A DNA stretch of 64,000 nucleotides from Candidatus Bathyarchaeia archaeon (GCA_038882955.1 JAVZNC010000002.1:192001-256000); one strand, 5' to 3'; positions 30,351-39,614 are shown, numbered from the stretch's first letter. The notes: a model not told the origin generated them from the sequence alone. A program made the numbers and translations.

Positions 30351-31076
30351 TTAAAGAACATCTATTTGTAAGCCCTTAACTGTGTACTCTCGCCGCTGAT
30401 ATGTTTGCGGATTATACCTTCCACCAGCCTTCTTTATCTGCAAAAAGTTTTTGTCACCCTGCCTTGAAAGGTCAATAACAACTTGTGTCATATGCTCAAT
30501 TATTGCACAAAACTCTTTTGGATGCGCGTTCTTCGCCATCGTCCAACAAGCAAGAGTTTGATAAGCATACAATGCGGGGCAAACATGCCCAAAAAACGTC
30601 TTGACCGCGTCTCTTCCCCAATTATGCTCCATAATTGACAAACTGTTAAAAACAAGCCTTGTACCTGGAGTTACAAATTCTCTTTCAATTCTCCCGAAAA
30701 AGTGGTGAAAACGCTCTGGATCTTTGGAGCTTGGAACTTTTCTAATCCACGTTGGTGCCTTGTCATAAAAATCACTGAATATGAGTTCGCCTTGTCCAGC
30801 TGCTTCTGAAAAACAGTCTAATACTAGCAGTTTCTTTTCCCATCCGTCTGGCAATGACTTGGTTAACGGTTCAAGTTGGAGTATCAGCGCTTGTGGAGGA
30901 TATATGAAATCTAGGTAAATTACCTGCTTTCCTTCTAATAGTCCTTGACGCATAAATGAATATAAAAATTCTCTCGCGAAGGTTCCAGATTCAACCTCCC
31001 ACAAAACATTCTCTCCTAGGAATAAACCGCCTTCAAGGAGCTTGTCTAGGCTTTTTATTCCAGTTGAATGAGGCAT
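30351..31076 (-). CDS. KaiC/RecA-superfamily ATPase-fold protein with degenerate Walker A
   Basis: STGIKSLDKLLEGG, VIYL, LVLDCFS, RLVFNSLS, QVVIDL, LQIKKAGG; P-loop position reads EVESGTFA; start taken at MPHST. Confidence 0.8.
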   Translation of the reverse strand: MPHSTGIKSLDKLLEGGLFLGENVLWEVESGTFAREFLYSFMRQGLLEGKQVIYLDFIYPPQALILQLEPLTKSLPDGWEKKLLVLDCFSEAAGQGELIFSDFYDKAPTWIRKVPSSKDPERFHHFFGRIEREFVTPGTRLVFNSLSIMEHNWGRDAVKTFFGHVCPALYAYQTLACWTMAKNAHPKEFCAIIEHMTQVVIDLSRQGDKNFLQIKKAGGRYNPQTYQRREYTVKGLQIDVL

Positions 31077-31167
31077 TTGTTTTTCGCTTGTCAATGTTGT
31101 GCACCGTGTGTAAGAGTTTGCGGGCACCATTAAAAATGTTATGTTGTAATTTGGTTGTTTTATTGTG

Positions 31168-31215
31168 TTGTACAAGTGTGTACATAATGGACATAATATT
31201 TCTATAGTTGAACAT
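31168..31215. promoter_or_regulatory. Four TGNACA boxes in the divergent kaiC-like/gdh2 promoter
   Basis: TTGTACAA 31168, GTGTACAT 31178, ATGGACAT 31187, TTGAACAT 31208. Confidence 0.6.
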
Positions 31216-31239
31216 TGCTTTTGTTAGTCTTCGGAAGGT

Positions 31240-33027
31240 GTGAAAAAGATGTTGAACTCGGTAGAACTTTCAGCTCGTGAATTAGGAATGCTCAAGTTAA
31301 TGGTGGACTTCTTCGCCGAAAAACCAGAGTTAACAGCAAAAATAGAAAGTTACACAACAGCCCACTATGCCTTACTGACAACGTACTCTGAAAACTTTGG
31401 CATACCCATAGAAGATTCTCTAAAGGCTTTTGAAGAGCTAAGGAAGAAGTTGATGGATGCCGAGTACGTCCATGTGAAAGCGCCAGAACCCATAAAGAAA
31501 CTTTTGCCCTTAACACGCGATGAACTTAATATGCTGCGCGTTCTCGCTGACTATTTCTCCGAGAGTCCAAAAATGGCTCCTGCTGGGGCTTTCCTCTCTA
31601 GGAAAGAAGACGCTTTAGTTGAGACGTATTTATGGTTTTACGGAAACAGTGAAGGCAACGGCGAAGTAGCGAGGGAAACTCTCAAAAACCTAGTTGAGAA
31701 ACTCCAAACGGCAGTTTTCGTCAAAGTGGATACATTGGCTCCTATTGCGGTTGCGCCAAACCCTTACGAAGCCGCCCTTAAACAGCTAGACGTGGCTGTC
31801 GAAAAACTGAATCTTGACCCGGGCATACACGAAATATTAAAGCGTCCAATGCGTACCCTCATCGTTAACATTCCAGTAGTCATGGACGACGGCAGCATTC
31901 AAGTTTTCACCGGATACCGCGTGCAATACAATGACGCTTTGGGTCCAACAAAGGGCGGCATAAGATACCATCCAGACCTAACCCTGGACGAAGTCACAGC
32001 CCTAGCCGCTTGGATGACGTGGAAAACAGCCGTAACAGGTTTGCCTCTTGGCGGAGGCAAAGGTGGAATCAGATGCAATCCTAAGGAGATGTCAAGGGCA
32101 GAGCTTGAGCGCCTCACAAGAGGATATGTACGTGCCATAGCAAAGTTCATAGGACCCTTCACGGACGTGCCTGCCCCAGATGTGTACACAACTGCGGAAA
32201 TGATGGCTTGGATAATGGACGAATACAGTGAAATAGTCGGTTATCCAGTTTTCGGCGTGGTGACTGGAAAACCTGTTCATGTTGGCGGTTCTCATGGAAG
32301 AAGCGAGGCTACATCAAGGGGACTCATGTACACAGTTGTCGAGGCAGCCAAACATCTCGGAATAAATCTCAAGGGTGCAACAGTTGCAGTGCAAGGATAT
32401 GGAAACGTAGGCTATCATGCGGCACGCCTGCTACATGAAATCGGATGCAAAATAATCGCGGTTTCAGACTCTAAAGGTGGCGTTTATAACCCAGAAGGTT
32501 TGGACCCGGAAAAAGTTCTTGTTCACAAGGAGAAAACTGGTTCGGTGGTTGAATACCCTGGCAGCACTTTCATAACAAATGAGCAATTGTTAGAACTAGA
32601 ATGCGACATCTTGGTTCCAGCGGCGTTGGAAAACCAAATAACAAAGGAAAACGCTGCAAACATAAAAGCGAAAATCGTTGCAGAAGGGGCTAACGGACCT
32701 ACAACTCCAGAGGCGGATGAAATTCTGTTCAAAAAAGGCGTTTTCGTAATCCCCGACATTCTCGCCAACTCCGGCGGAGTGATTGTCAGCTACTTTGAAC
32801 AAGTGCAAAATCAAATGAACTATTACTGGACTGAAGAAGAGGTTAGGAATAAACTGAAGGAAACAATAACCAAAGCTTTCCACGATGTGCTCAAAATGTC
32901 AAAACAGTACAATGTGAACATGCGCACAGCAGCCTACATGTTGGCCGTAAAAAGAGTGGCAGACGCGCTTGTAGCCAGAAAGGGCACAACGTTCAGCCCC
33001 ATCGTACCACCATTAACACCAAGTTAA
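31240..33027 (+). CDS. gdh: Glutamate dehydrogenase with ~170-aa N-terminal tandem-repeat extension
   Basis: From NPYEAALKQL onward an intact GDH (GPTKGGIRYHP, MTWKTA, GGGKGG, DVPAPDV, QGYGNVG); the N-terminus holds two ~75-aa repeats. Confidence 0.93.
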   Translation: MKKMLNSVELSARELGMLKLMVDFFAEKPELTAKIESYTTAHYALLTTYSENFGIPIEDSLKAFEELRKKLMDAEYVHVKAPEPIKKLLPLTRDELNMLRVLADYFSESPKMAPAGAFLSRKEDALVETYLWFYGNSEGNGEVARETLKNLVEKLQTAVFVKVDTLAPIAVAPNPYEAALKQLDVAVEKLNLDPGIHEILKRPMRTLIVNIPVVMDDGSIQVFTGYRVQYNDALGPTKGGIRYHPDLTLDEVTALAAWMTWKTAVTGLPLGGGKGGIRCNPKEMSRAELERLTRGYVRAIAKFIGPFTDVPAPDVYTTAEMMAWIMDEYSEIVGYPVFGVVTGKPVHVGGSHGRSEATSRGLMYTVVEAAKHLGINLKGATVAVQGYGNVGYHAARLLHEIGCKIIAVSDSKGGVYNPEGLDPEKVLVHKEKTGSVVEYPGSTFITNEQLLELECDILVPAALENQITKENAANIKAKIVAEGANGPTTPEADEILFKKGVFVIPDILANSGGVIVSYFEQVQNQMNYYWTEEEVRNKLKETITKAFHDVLKMSKQYNVNMRTAAYMLAVKRVADALVARKGTTFSPIVPPLTPS

Positions 33028-33052
33028 CATCCCCCCTCCCCCCTTTTCTCTT

Positions 33053-33090
33053 ATGTACATTCAAGAATTTTTTATGAACATGTTTAAAAG
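33053..33090 (+). promoter_or_regulatory. Two ATGWACAT boxes abutting the TATA box of the regulator gene
   Basis: ATGTACAT 33053-33060, ATGAACAT 33074-33081, TTTAAAAG 33083-33090, ATG at 33123. Confidence 0.65.
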
Positions 33091-33122
33091 CAACCGATTC
33101 AAAAAATAACCCGTGAAACAGC

Positions 33123-35081
33123 ATGTCCGTACACCTTCACACAACAATAACCAAAAAGACAAACGAGGTACTTGAAGAACTAGCAAAAACCTATGGCACA
33201 AAAAGCCGCGTTCTCGAAAAAGCCGTAGAAACTCTGCTTAGGGTTGACAAAGTTGGTTCTTGCGATGATTGCACAATAAAAGCAAAAATTAACGAACAAA
33301 CCAAACTGAGAGAGGCGCTTGACCTAACATCGGTTAGCAGAAAAAGCCTTGACAGCCTCCTTGAAGTTGCCCTTGGAAACAGAACAGTTGAAGACTTGAT
33401 AAGGGAACAAAAAGCAGAGGCAAAGAACATAATCGAGATACTAAAAAGCTCTGTTGCATGGAGGGCTCCATCGACCTTCAAGGAGTTTCTACTGGTCCTA
33501 GAAGAGATAAAAGGGCTTACAAACCTCTTTGACATTCCATCATACAGCGAAATCGACAGTGTAGCCGTGCTAAGACCCAGAGTCTTTAAACGCTTACCCG
33601 TAATGGTTGCCTTCCAAATTGCCACAATATTAGAGGGCATAGGCGTAAATTTCGACTTGCGAATTATGGGTGAAGACATAGCCATAAAAATGATTCGCCC
33701 CGAAATTTACCCATTAAGGAGAAAGGAATTCGGCGAATTCTTGGAGCAACAGATTGAAAAAGAACTAGCAAATGTAACTCCAGGCTTGTTCAAAAACACA
33801 CTTATGCTTGTTGGACCAGCCTTCATGAATTGGGCTGAGAAGCATCTTGAGGAACCAGTAACAGAATTGGGCAACTTCATAGAAGATGCAAGAACCGTTC
33901 TCGGCATCGACGAGTTTCCGAGGGAGCCAAAAGATTTTGTTAAGACTATTCTTTCGGCCTTTGTCAAAATGAACTGGTTTAGGCAAGTTAAAGTTTTAAC
34001 AGAGAAAGAAGAGAACACCTTAGAACTTGTTTTCCAAGCAACGACAGCTCAAACAGCTCGTTTATCCTTAACAGTACTTTCGATAATGCTTGCAACACGC
34101 GGATGGAAGCTACTGCATCACTCAATTGAACATGCAAACGTGAACATGACAATAAAATACGTAGGCGCAGAAGACCAAAGCATCCTAGATCAACTAGCAG
34201 AACTCAACCTTTTCCAAATAATAGGAAAACAATTCCTAGATGTTGTTCCAATCCCCCGCGACCTCTTCAACTCCTTCGCTGCAAAAGTATACGAAAGTGA
34301 CAGACAAAAATTTGAAGAAATATACCGCGCAACAGGAGTCCGCATCTCCAACGCCATCCGCATGCTTGCTCGGGGCGACCCAGAAAAAATTGGTAGACTT
34401 TCCAAAAACTTTATCATCAAAAGCATCAGCGTGACGCAGCCCGACGCTGAAGTAAGGTTTGTTGACGACGAGCACTTCACCATCATTTTTAAGCGGATAG
34501 ACCCCCTTGTAATGAACAGCCAACGCATCTTAATAGAATCCATGTTTAAGGAGCTAGGCTACGAAGTTTCAACAACGACATTCCAGAACCTACTAAGCTT
34601 TAAACTAAAACTTTTGGAAAAGCCAGTTCTAGAACCCTTACCGCGGAAAAAGCTTATGCAAACACTAATCGAAGGAATGTCATGCAACTCCATCGAAGAA
34701 GCTTTCGCCGTTGAAAGAGAACAGTTGGACGCGCTTTTTCCAGAAGACTACCCGTGGACTATCAAAGATGTCGGTGAAAGGCTTATTGACATGTACCGCG
34801 AACTCGGCATAGAAGTTGAAATAGAATATTTTGAAGGCGGCTTCACTCTCAAATACAAAAGTTGCCCCTATTACAAACTGGTCAAAACCAATCAGAAGAC
34901 TTGGCTCTGCGGTCTTCGGAAGAAAACACTAGAATACATTATTTCTAGGGTTAGCCACGGCAAAAAGGGGCGAATGAAAATAATAAAATCTCTGCTCCAG
35001 AATGAGCATCCATGCGAATACGCCATATTCCTAACAGGCTTCCTTGAAAAAGAAGAAAAACCAATTGAGACACAAAGCTAG
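33123..35081 (+). CDS. Putative ribbon-helix-helix transcription regulator with V4R/MetOD-like sensory domain(s)
   Basis: N-terminal HLHTTI strand plus two helices (RHH pattern); CDDC; C-terminal FTLKYKSCPYY...LC...SLLQNEHPCEYAI three-Cys V4R-like signature. Confidence 0.6.
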   Translation: MSVHLHTTITKKTNEVLEELAKTYGTKSRVLEKAVETLLRVDKVGSCDDCTIKAKINEQTKLREALDLTSVSRKSLDSLLEVALGNRTVEDLIREQKAEAKNIIEILKSSVAWRAPSTFKEFLLVLEEIKGLTNLFDIPSYSEIDSVAVLRPRVFKRLPVMVAFQIATILEGIGVNFDLRIMGEDIAIKMIRPEIYPLRRKEFGEFLEQQIEKELANVTPGLFKNTLMLVGPAFMNWAEKHLEEPVTELGNFIEDARTVLGIDEFPREPKDFVKTILSAFVKMNWFRQVKVLTEKEENTLELVFQATTAQTARLSLTVLSIMLATRGWKLLHHSIEHANVNMTIKYVGAEDQSILDQLAELNLFQIIGKQFLDVVPIPRDLFNSFAAKVYESDRQKFEEIYRATGVRISNAIRMLARGDPEKIGRLSKNFIIKSISVTQPDAEVRFVDDEHFTIIFKRIDPLVMNSQRILIESMFKELGYEVSTTTFQNLLSFKLKLLEKPVLEPLPRKKLMQTLIEGMSCNSIEEAFAVEREQLDALFPEDYPWTIKDVGERLIDMYRELGIEVEIEYFEGGFTLKYKSCPYYKLVKTNQKTWLCGLRKKTLEYIISRVSHGKKGRMKIIKSLLQNEHPCEYAIFLTGFLEKEEKPIETQS

Positions 35082-35139
35082 GTTTAAGCACCGTTCAGTA
35101 AGCATTTATTAGCACTAACACGTATGAAAACTATGAGGG

Positions 35140-36117
35140 TTGTCCTTGAGTTTTGAGATGTGGGCTGAAAAGTACAGACCAAAAACATTGGATGAAATGG
35201 TTGACCAAAAGGAGATAGTTGAGCGATTAAAGAGCTTCGTTAAATCCAAAAATGTGCCACATTGCATTTTCGCTGGACCGCCTGGAACTGGAAAGACCAC
35301 TGCTGCGCTTTGTTTGGCTAGGGACTTGTATGGAGATGCTTACCGAGAGCACATAATGGAGTTGAACGCTAGCGACGAGAGGGGTATAGACGTTGTGAGG
35401 GAAACTGTCAAAACCTTTGCTCGTGTGCGGTCTATTGGCGAAATACCATTTAAACTTATGATTTTAGATGAAGCGGACAACATGACTGCCGATGCTCAGC
35501 AAGCCCTAAGGCGTACAATGGAGCGGTATACTGAAACATGCCGTTTCATTTTATGTGCAAACTACAGCGGAAAAATAATTGAGCCTATACAGTCACGCTG
35601 CGCCCCGTTTCGTTTCACATTTCTGCCAAGGGAAGAACATGACAAATACCTTAAGTGCATAGCGGAAAACGAAGGCATCAAACTTCTGAAGGACGGATTG
35701 GACGCGATTTTTGAGGTTTGCGGCGGCGATTTGCGAAAGGCGATAAACACGCTTCAAGCTGCTGCATCGCTGAACAAGCCAATAGACGCGAAGGTTGTTT
35801 ATTCCATTGCGGGTAGGGCTCACCCAGCAGATGTGCAGAAAATGATAGAAACTGCGATTAACGGCGACTTTCTAGAAGCCAGAAAACAACTGCGCGACAT
35901 GATTCAAAAATATGGTGTGGCTGGAAGCGACATAATTAGGCAAATTCACACCGAAATTTTCAGAGCGGATATTCCAGAGCCTTGGAAAATAAAGTTGGCA
36001 GACATTGTCGGCGATATAGATTATAGGCTTGTTGAGGGCGCAGACGAGGAGGTTCAGCTAAGCGCCTTGTTGGCGAGGCTTGTGGAGGCTGGCTACGAGA
36101 TTAAAAAGACAAGTTAG
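35140..36117 (+). CDS. rfcS: Replication factor C small subunit
   Basis: WAEKYRP, GPPGTGKT, ELNASDERGID, LDEADNMT, IQSRC. Confidence 0.97.
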   Translation: MSLSFEMWAEKYRPKTLDEMVDQKEIVERLKSFVKSKNVPHCIFAGPPGTGKTTAALCLARDLYGDAYREHIMELNASDERGIDVVRETVKTFARVRSIGEIPFKLMILDEADNMTADAQQALRRTMERYTETCRFILCANYSGKIIEPIQSRCAPFRFTFLPREEHDKYLKCIAENEGIKLLKDGLDAIFEVCGGDLRKAINTLQAAASLNKPIDAKVVYSIAGRAHPADVQKMIETAINGDFLEARKQLRDMIQKYGVAGSDIIRQIHTEIFRADIPEPWKIKLADIVGDIDYRLVEGADEEVQLSALLARLVEAGYEIKKTS

Positions 36118-36128
36118 GTGCAAAGTGT

Positions 36129-37388
36129 TTGTACGCTGCTTGGACTGTTAAGCACAAGCCAAAATCCCTAGACGAAATCGTTGGAAACAAAGAGGCTATC
36201 CAAACCTTTATTGAATGGATAAAATCTTGGGAGAAAGGCATACCCAAAAAACGTGCAGCTTTCATTTTTGGTCCTCCAGGCATTGGAAAAACAGTTACCG
36301 TTGAGGCTCTTGCCGCTGATTTTAAGATGGAACTTGTTGAGAAAAACGCAAGCGACTATAGGACTGAAGAGGCGATTAACCGTTTTGCTGGTTTAGCTTC
36401 GCAGTATGGCTCGCTTTTCGGCGGCAAAAGAATCATACTGTTGGATGAGCTTGACGGGCTTACTGGCACAGCTGACAAGGGCGGCGTTAAAGCCATAACA
36501 GACATTGTTAAAATTGCCCAGTGCCCAATAGTTTTGATTGCAAACAACGCTTATGACCCAAGATTTGCCAATCTCCGCAACTACTGCCTACTAATAGAGT
36601 TTAAGAAGCCGCCAACAAGCGAAGTCATGAAACATTTGAAGCGCATATGCATCCGTGAGGGAATACAAGCAGACGATGACGCCTTAAAGTTTATTGCACA
36701 GCGTTCAGAAGGCGATGTCCGCTCGGCAGTTAATGACCTTCAAGCATTAGCCCAAGGCAAGAAGAGACTGACGTATGAGGATGTTTCTTGGCTTGGCTAT
36801 AGGGATAGGCAAGACACCATTTTTAATGTTTTGAGAATGATAATTTATGCGCGTACATGCAACAGCGCAAAACAAGCGTTTGACATGGCTGACGTTGACA
36901 TTGATATGCTTTTTGAGTGGATTTACGAGAACGTTCCAGCGCATTTAACTGAACCGCACGATTTGGCAAGGGCTATGGATGCGCTTTCGATGGCAGACGT
37001 CTATCGGGGCAGAATCCGCTCCACACAAGATTGGAGTTTCACGCGCTACGTTATTGATTACATGACCGCTGGCGTTGCAATGGCTAGGCAAAACACGAAG
37101 ACACGCGGGTTTATACCATTCAAGTTTCCAACGCGCATACAAATGTTGTCTAGGTCCAAGGCTGAACGTGCAATACAACTAAACATTGGACAGAAGATTA
37201 AGCGAAAATGTCACATATCCGCTAATAGAGCTTCAAAGGAGATAATCCCCTACCTTAAGATAATATTCAAGAATAATGTTGAAATGGCTGCCGGACTTGC
37301 AAAATGGCTTGATTTGGACGTGGAAATGATTGAGTATCTGACAGAGGATAAGAAAAAAGCGGATGCCATTGCTAAACTTGTAGGTTAA
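36129..37388 (+). CDS. rfcL: Replication factor C large subunit
   Basis: WTVKHKP, GPPGIGKT, NASDYRT, LLDELDG, GDVRSAVNDLQ, WIYEN. Confidence 0.95.
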   Translation: MYAAWTVKHKPKSLDEIVGNKEAIQTFIEWIKSWEKGIPKKRAAFIFGPPGIGKTVTVEALAADFKMELVEKNASDYRTEEAINRFAGLASQYGSLFGGKRIILLDELDGLTGTADKGGVKAITDIVKIAQCPIVLIANNAYDPRFANLRNYCLLIEFKKPPTSEVMKHLKRICIREGIQADDDALKFIAQRSEGDVRSAVNDLQALAQGKKRLTYEDVSWLGYRDRQDTIFNVLRMIIYARTCNSAKQAFDMADVDIDMLFEWIYENVPAHLTEPHDLARAMDALSMADVYRGRIRSTQDWSFTRYVIDYMTAGVAMARQNTKTRGFIPFKFPTRIQMLSRSKAERAIQLNIGQKIKRKCHISANRASKEIIPYLKIIFKNNVEMAAGLAKWLDLDVEMIEYLTEDKKKADAIAKLVG

Positions 37389-37424
37389 AAAGAAAAGGGA
37401 AGATTAAATTTTCCGCTTTTGTTA

Positions 37425-39524
37425 TTACTGCGGTGGCTGTGTTGGTTGTGCTGGTGGTGCCGCTTTTGGTTTTCTAAAAGGCATTAGGAGCGCTATTGCC
37501 GCCAAAACTAGTGCTATTATGCCGAGTCCTAAGCCGCCTAGAGCAAACATGAGTGTTGTAGTGTCAACAGCTTGAGCCGTTAGCGTTGTTGATGCGCTTT
37601 CGGCCGCTTTATAAATGTCGTCTCCGCTCCAGCTTGCTGTTATTTGCCATTGTCCAATTTGGTCTGCTGTGAATGTGTCTGTGAAAGCTCCTGCTTGGTT
37701 TGAATAAACAGTTTTTGTGCTTATTGAACCGTCTGGCTTCGTGTATTTGAGGGTTATTGTCGCTATTTTTGCTGGGTACAATGTGCCGCTTACGCTTATG
37801 TTTCCTCCGACTGTTGTTGTGTAGCTTGAGAGTGTTAGGACTATTAGGCTTGAAGCTTTTTCAACTGTGAATGTGGTTGTTGCGGCTGCTGTTTCATGCT
37901 CATAGTCGCCTTTCCAGCTTACTCGAATCATGTAGTTTCCAGCGGCTTCTGGGATCCAAGCGAACGTGTATTCTCCATTTTCGTTTGTTATAACCTTGTC
38001 TAATGTTATTAGAACTGGTAAGGGGTCACGTGAAAATTCTATTGTTACTTCAGCGTTTGGTATTGGCGTGTCACCCGTTTCGTTTGTTAATCTGCCGCTT
38101 ATTGTCACTTGATTGCCTATAACAATGCTTGGCGAGCTTACATTCACAGTTATTGAACTCGCAACTTTGCTGACGCTCCATATTGCTAATTCAGATTTTT
38201 CTGTAACAACCATGAGTTGCCATTTGTAACCCGCTGTTAGTACTTCGATGTTTCCATCATTGTCCACGTCGCCACAAGTGACATCTTCAATGTTTGACGC
38301 TTCTTTCCATTCTGCTGTATCTTTTGTGGTTAAAGTTTTTCCGTCCCACGAGAAAATTGTGATAACTGGTGTGGAGCTGAAAAGTATTGCAACGTCTGAG
38401 CAGGCAATTATCTCGTTTTTGCCGTCCTTATCTATATCATATATCGTCACCGCTTTGCCTGATGTACCTGTAAGAAGCCCTACTAAGCCATTCTCCACAC
38501 TTAACTTCAATATTAAGAGGTTTCCGTCCCACGACCATATTCTTAATTGTGAATAGTAGTTTTCTCCGTTGAATTGTTTTCCAATTGTAACAATTTCTTT
38601 CTTTCCATCAGAATCTATATCTCCTACCGCGGCGTCGACTGAGTATGTGTCTAGGTATGTGTACCATTTGGTGCTTGCTTTCCATGTAAGGTCTGCACCG
38701 TCCCAAGTGCATATCCCAAGCACTGCACAATCATGGCCAAGTGTTTTGTCGTAGAAGTATCCAGTAATAATTATTTCAATGGTTCCGTCCCCGTCTACAT
38801 CGTCCACCGCCACCGAATGCCATTCGGTGTTTCCGCTGATGAGCCGCTCTTGGCTTGTTTCAAGTGTCAATTTTGTGTCAGTGATATTCCAAATTGTTAT
38901 TACTCCATGAAATCCTGTTCCGGAGAGTGACGTGGTGTTTCTGTAGCCTACGGCAATTATCTCTGTCGTGTTGTCTTTATCCACGTCGCCTATTGCAACA
39001 TCAAAAAACTTCGTTTCATTGACCTCAGTAGGCCAGTACTGAATGGTTTTCCTTTCCATCGCCGTTCCATTCCAACCTAAAACAATTAGCAATCCTTGTT
39101 CCATTATGCCTAGGAGTTTTCCGTACCCGGCTACCACAATTTCTGTGTCTGTTTTGTTGTCAACGTTTCCTAACGCTACGGCATAAAAGCGTGTGTCGGA
39201 GGACCACGTATATGTTTGGTCAATGATTTCTTTATGTTCTTCTGTTAAATATGTGCCATTCCAGTTCCAAACGTTCACTTCGCCCCAGTAAAAGTTCCAC
39301 GTGGAGTTGTAAGTGTATCCCGCTGTAACAATTTCCGTTGCTCCATCTCCATCGATGTCTCCTGCGGCATTTGCCAATGAATAGCTATCATTTTCCGTAA
39401 GCCATTCTTGATTCTTTTCTAAAGTGAGCCCGCTTGATGCGTGTGCTATGTTTGGCATAAAAGTCATTAGCAACGTTGCGACAATTAAAAACCCTACAAA
39501 TTTTTTGCCTAGTTTCTCTTTCAT
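37425..39524 (-). CDS. Membrane-anchored surface protein: 7 FG-GAP-like repeats, Ig-like domains, C-terminal TM
   Basis: Signal peptide; seven (G)DxDxDG..EI repeats; beta-rich Ig-like repeats (W.GD..Y/H..A); TM helix then Pro/Gln-rich tail. Confidence 0.85.
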   Translation of the reverse strand: MKEKLGKKFVGFLIVATLLMTFMPNIAHASSGLTLEKNQEWLTENDSYSLANAAGDIDGDGATEIVTAGYTYNSTWNFYWGEVNVWNWNGTYLTEEHKEIIDQTYTWSSDTRFYAVALGNVDNKTDTEIVVAGYGKLLGIMEQGLLIVLGWNGTAMERKTIQYWPTEVNETKFFDVAIGDVDKDNTTEIIAVGYRNTTSLSGTGFHGVITIWNITDTKLTLETSQERLISGNTEWHSVAVDDVDGDGTIEIIITGYFYDKTLGHDCAVLGICTWDGADLTWKASTKWYTYLDTYSVDAAVGDIDSDGKKEIVTIGKQFNGENYYSQLRIWSWDGNLLILKLSVENGLVGLLTGTSGKAVTIYDIDKDGKNEIIACSDVAILFSSTPVITIFSWDGKTLTTKDTAEWKEASNIEDVTCGDVDNDGNIEVLTAGYKWQLMVVTEKSELAIWSVSKVASSITVNVSSPSIVIGNQVTISGRLTNETGDTPIPNAEVTIEFSRDPLPVLITLDKVITNENGEYTFAWIPEAAGNYMIRVSWKGDYEHETAAATTTFTVEKASSLIVLTLSSYTTTVGGNISVSGTLYPAKIATITLKYTKPDGSISTKTVYSNQAGAFTDTFTADQIGQWQITASWSGDDIYKAAESASTTLTAQAVDTTTLMFALGGLGLGIIALVLAAIALLMPFRKPKAAPPAQPTQPPQ

Positions 39525-39614
39525 GTTTTTCCATCCTTTTTACAAACGACCAAATATTGTGCAGTGCTGTGGTATTTAACAATTATTGAATGAATTTTTT
39601 CCGAAGTCTAAATT

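Noticed and set aside
27281-33027. Inverted nucleotide similarity between the two gdh genes as a mobile or invertible element boundary
   Set aside because: Similarity is at the level of paralogous coding sequence with many synonymous differences; no recombinase is nearby
24526-37388. Inteins in MCM or RFC
   Set aside because: Lengths are canonical and the P-loop regions are uninterrupted
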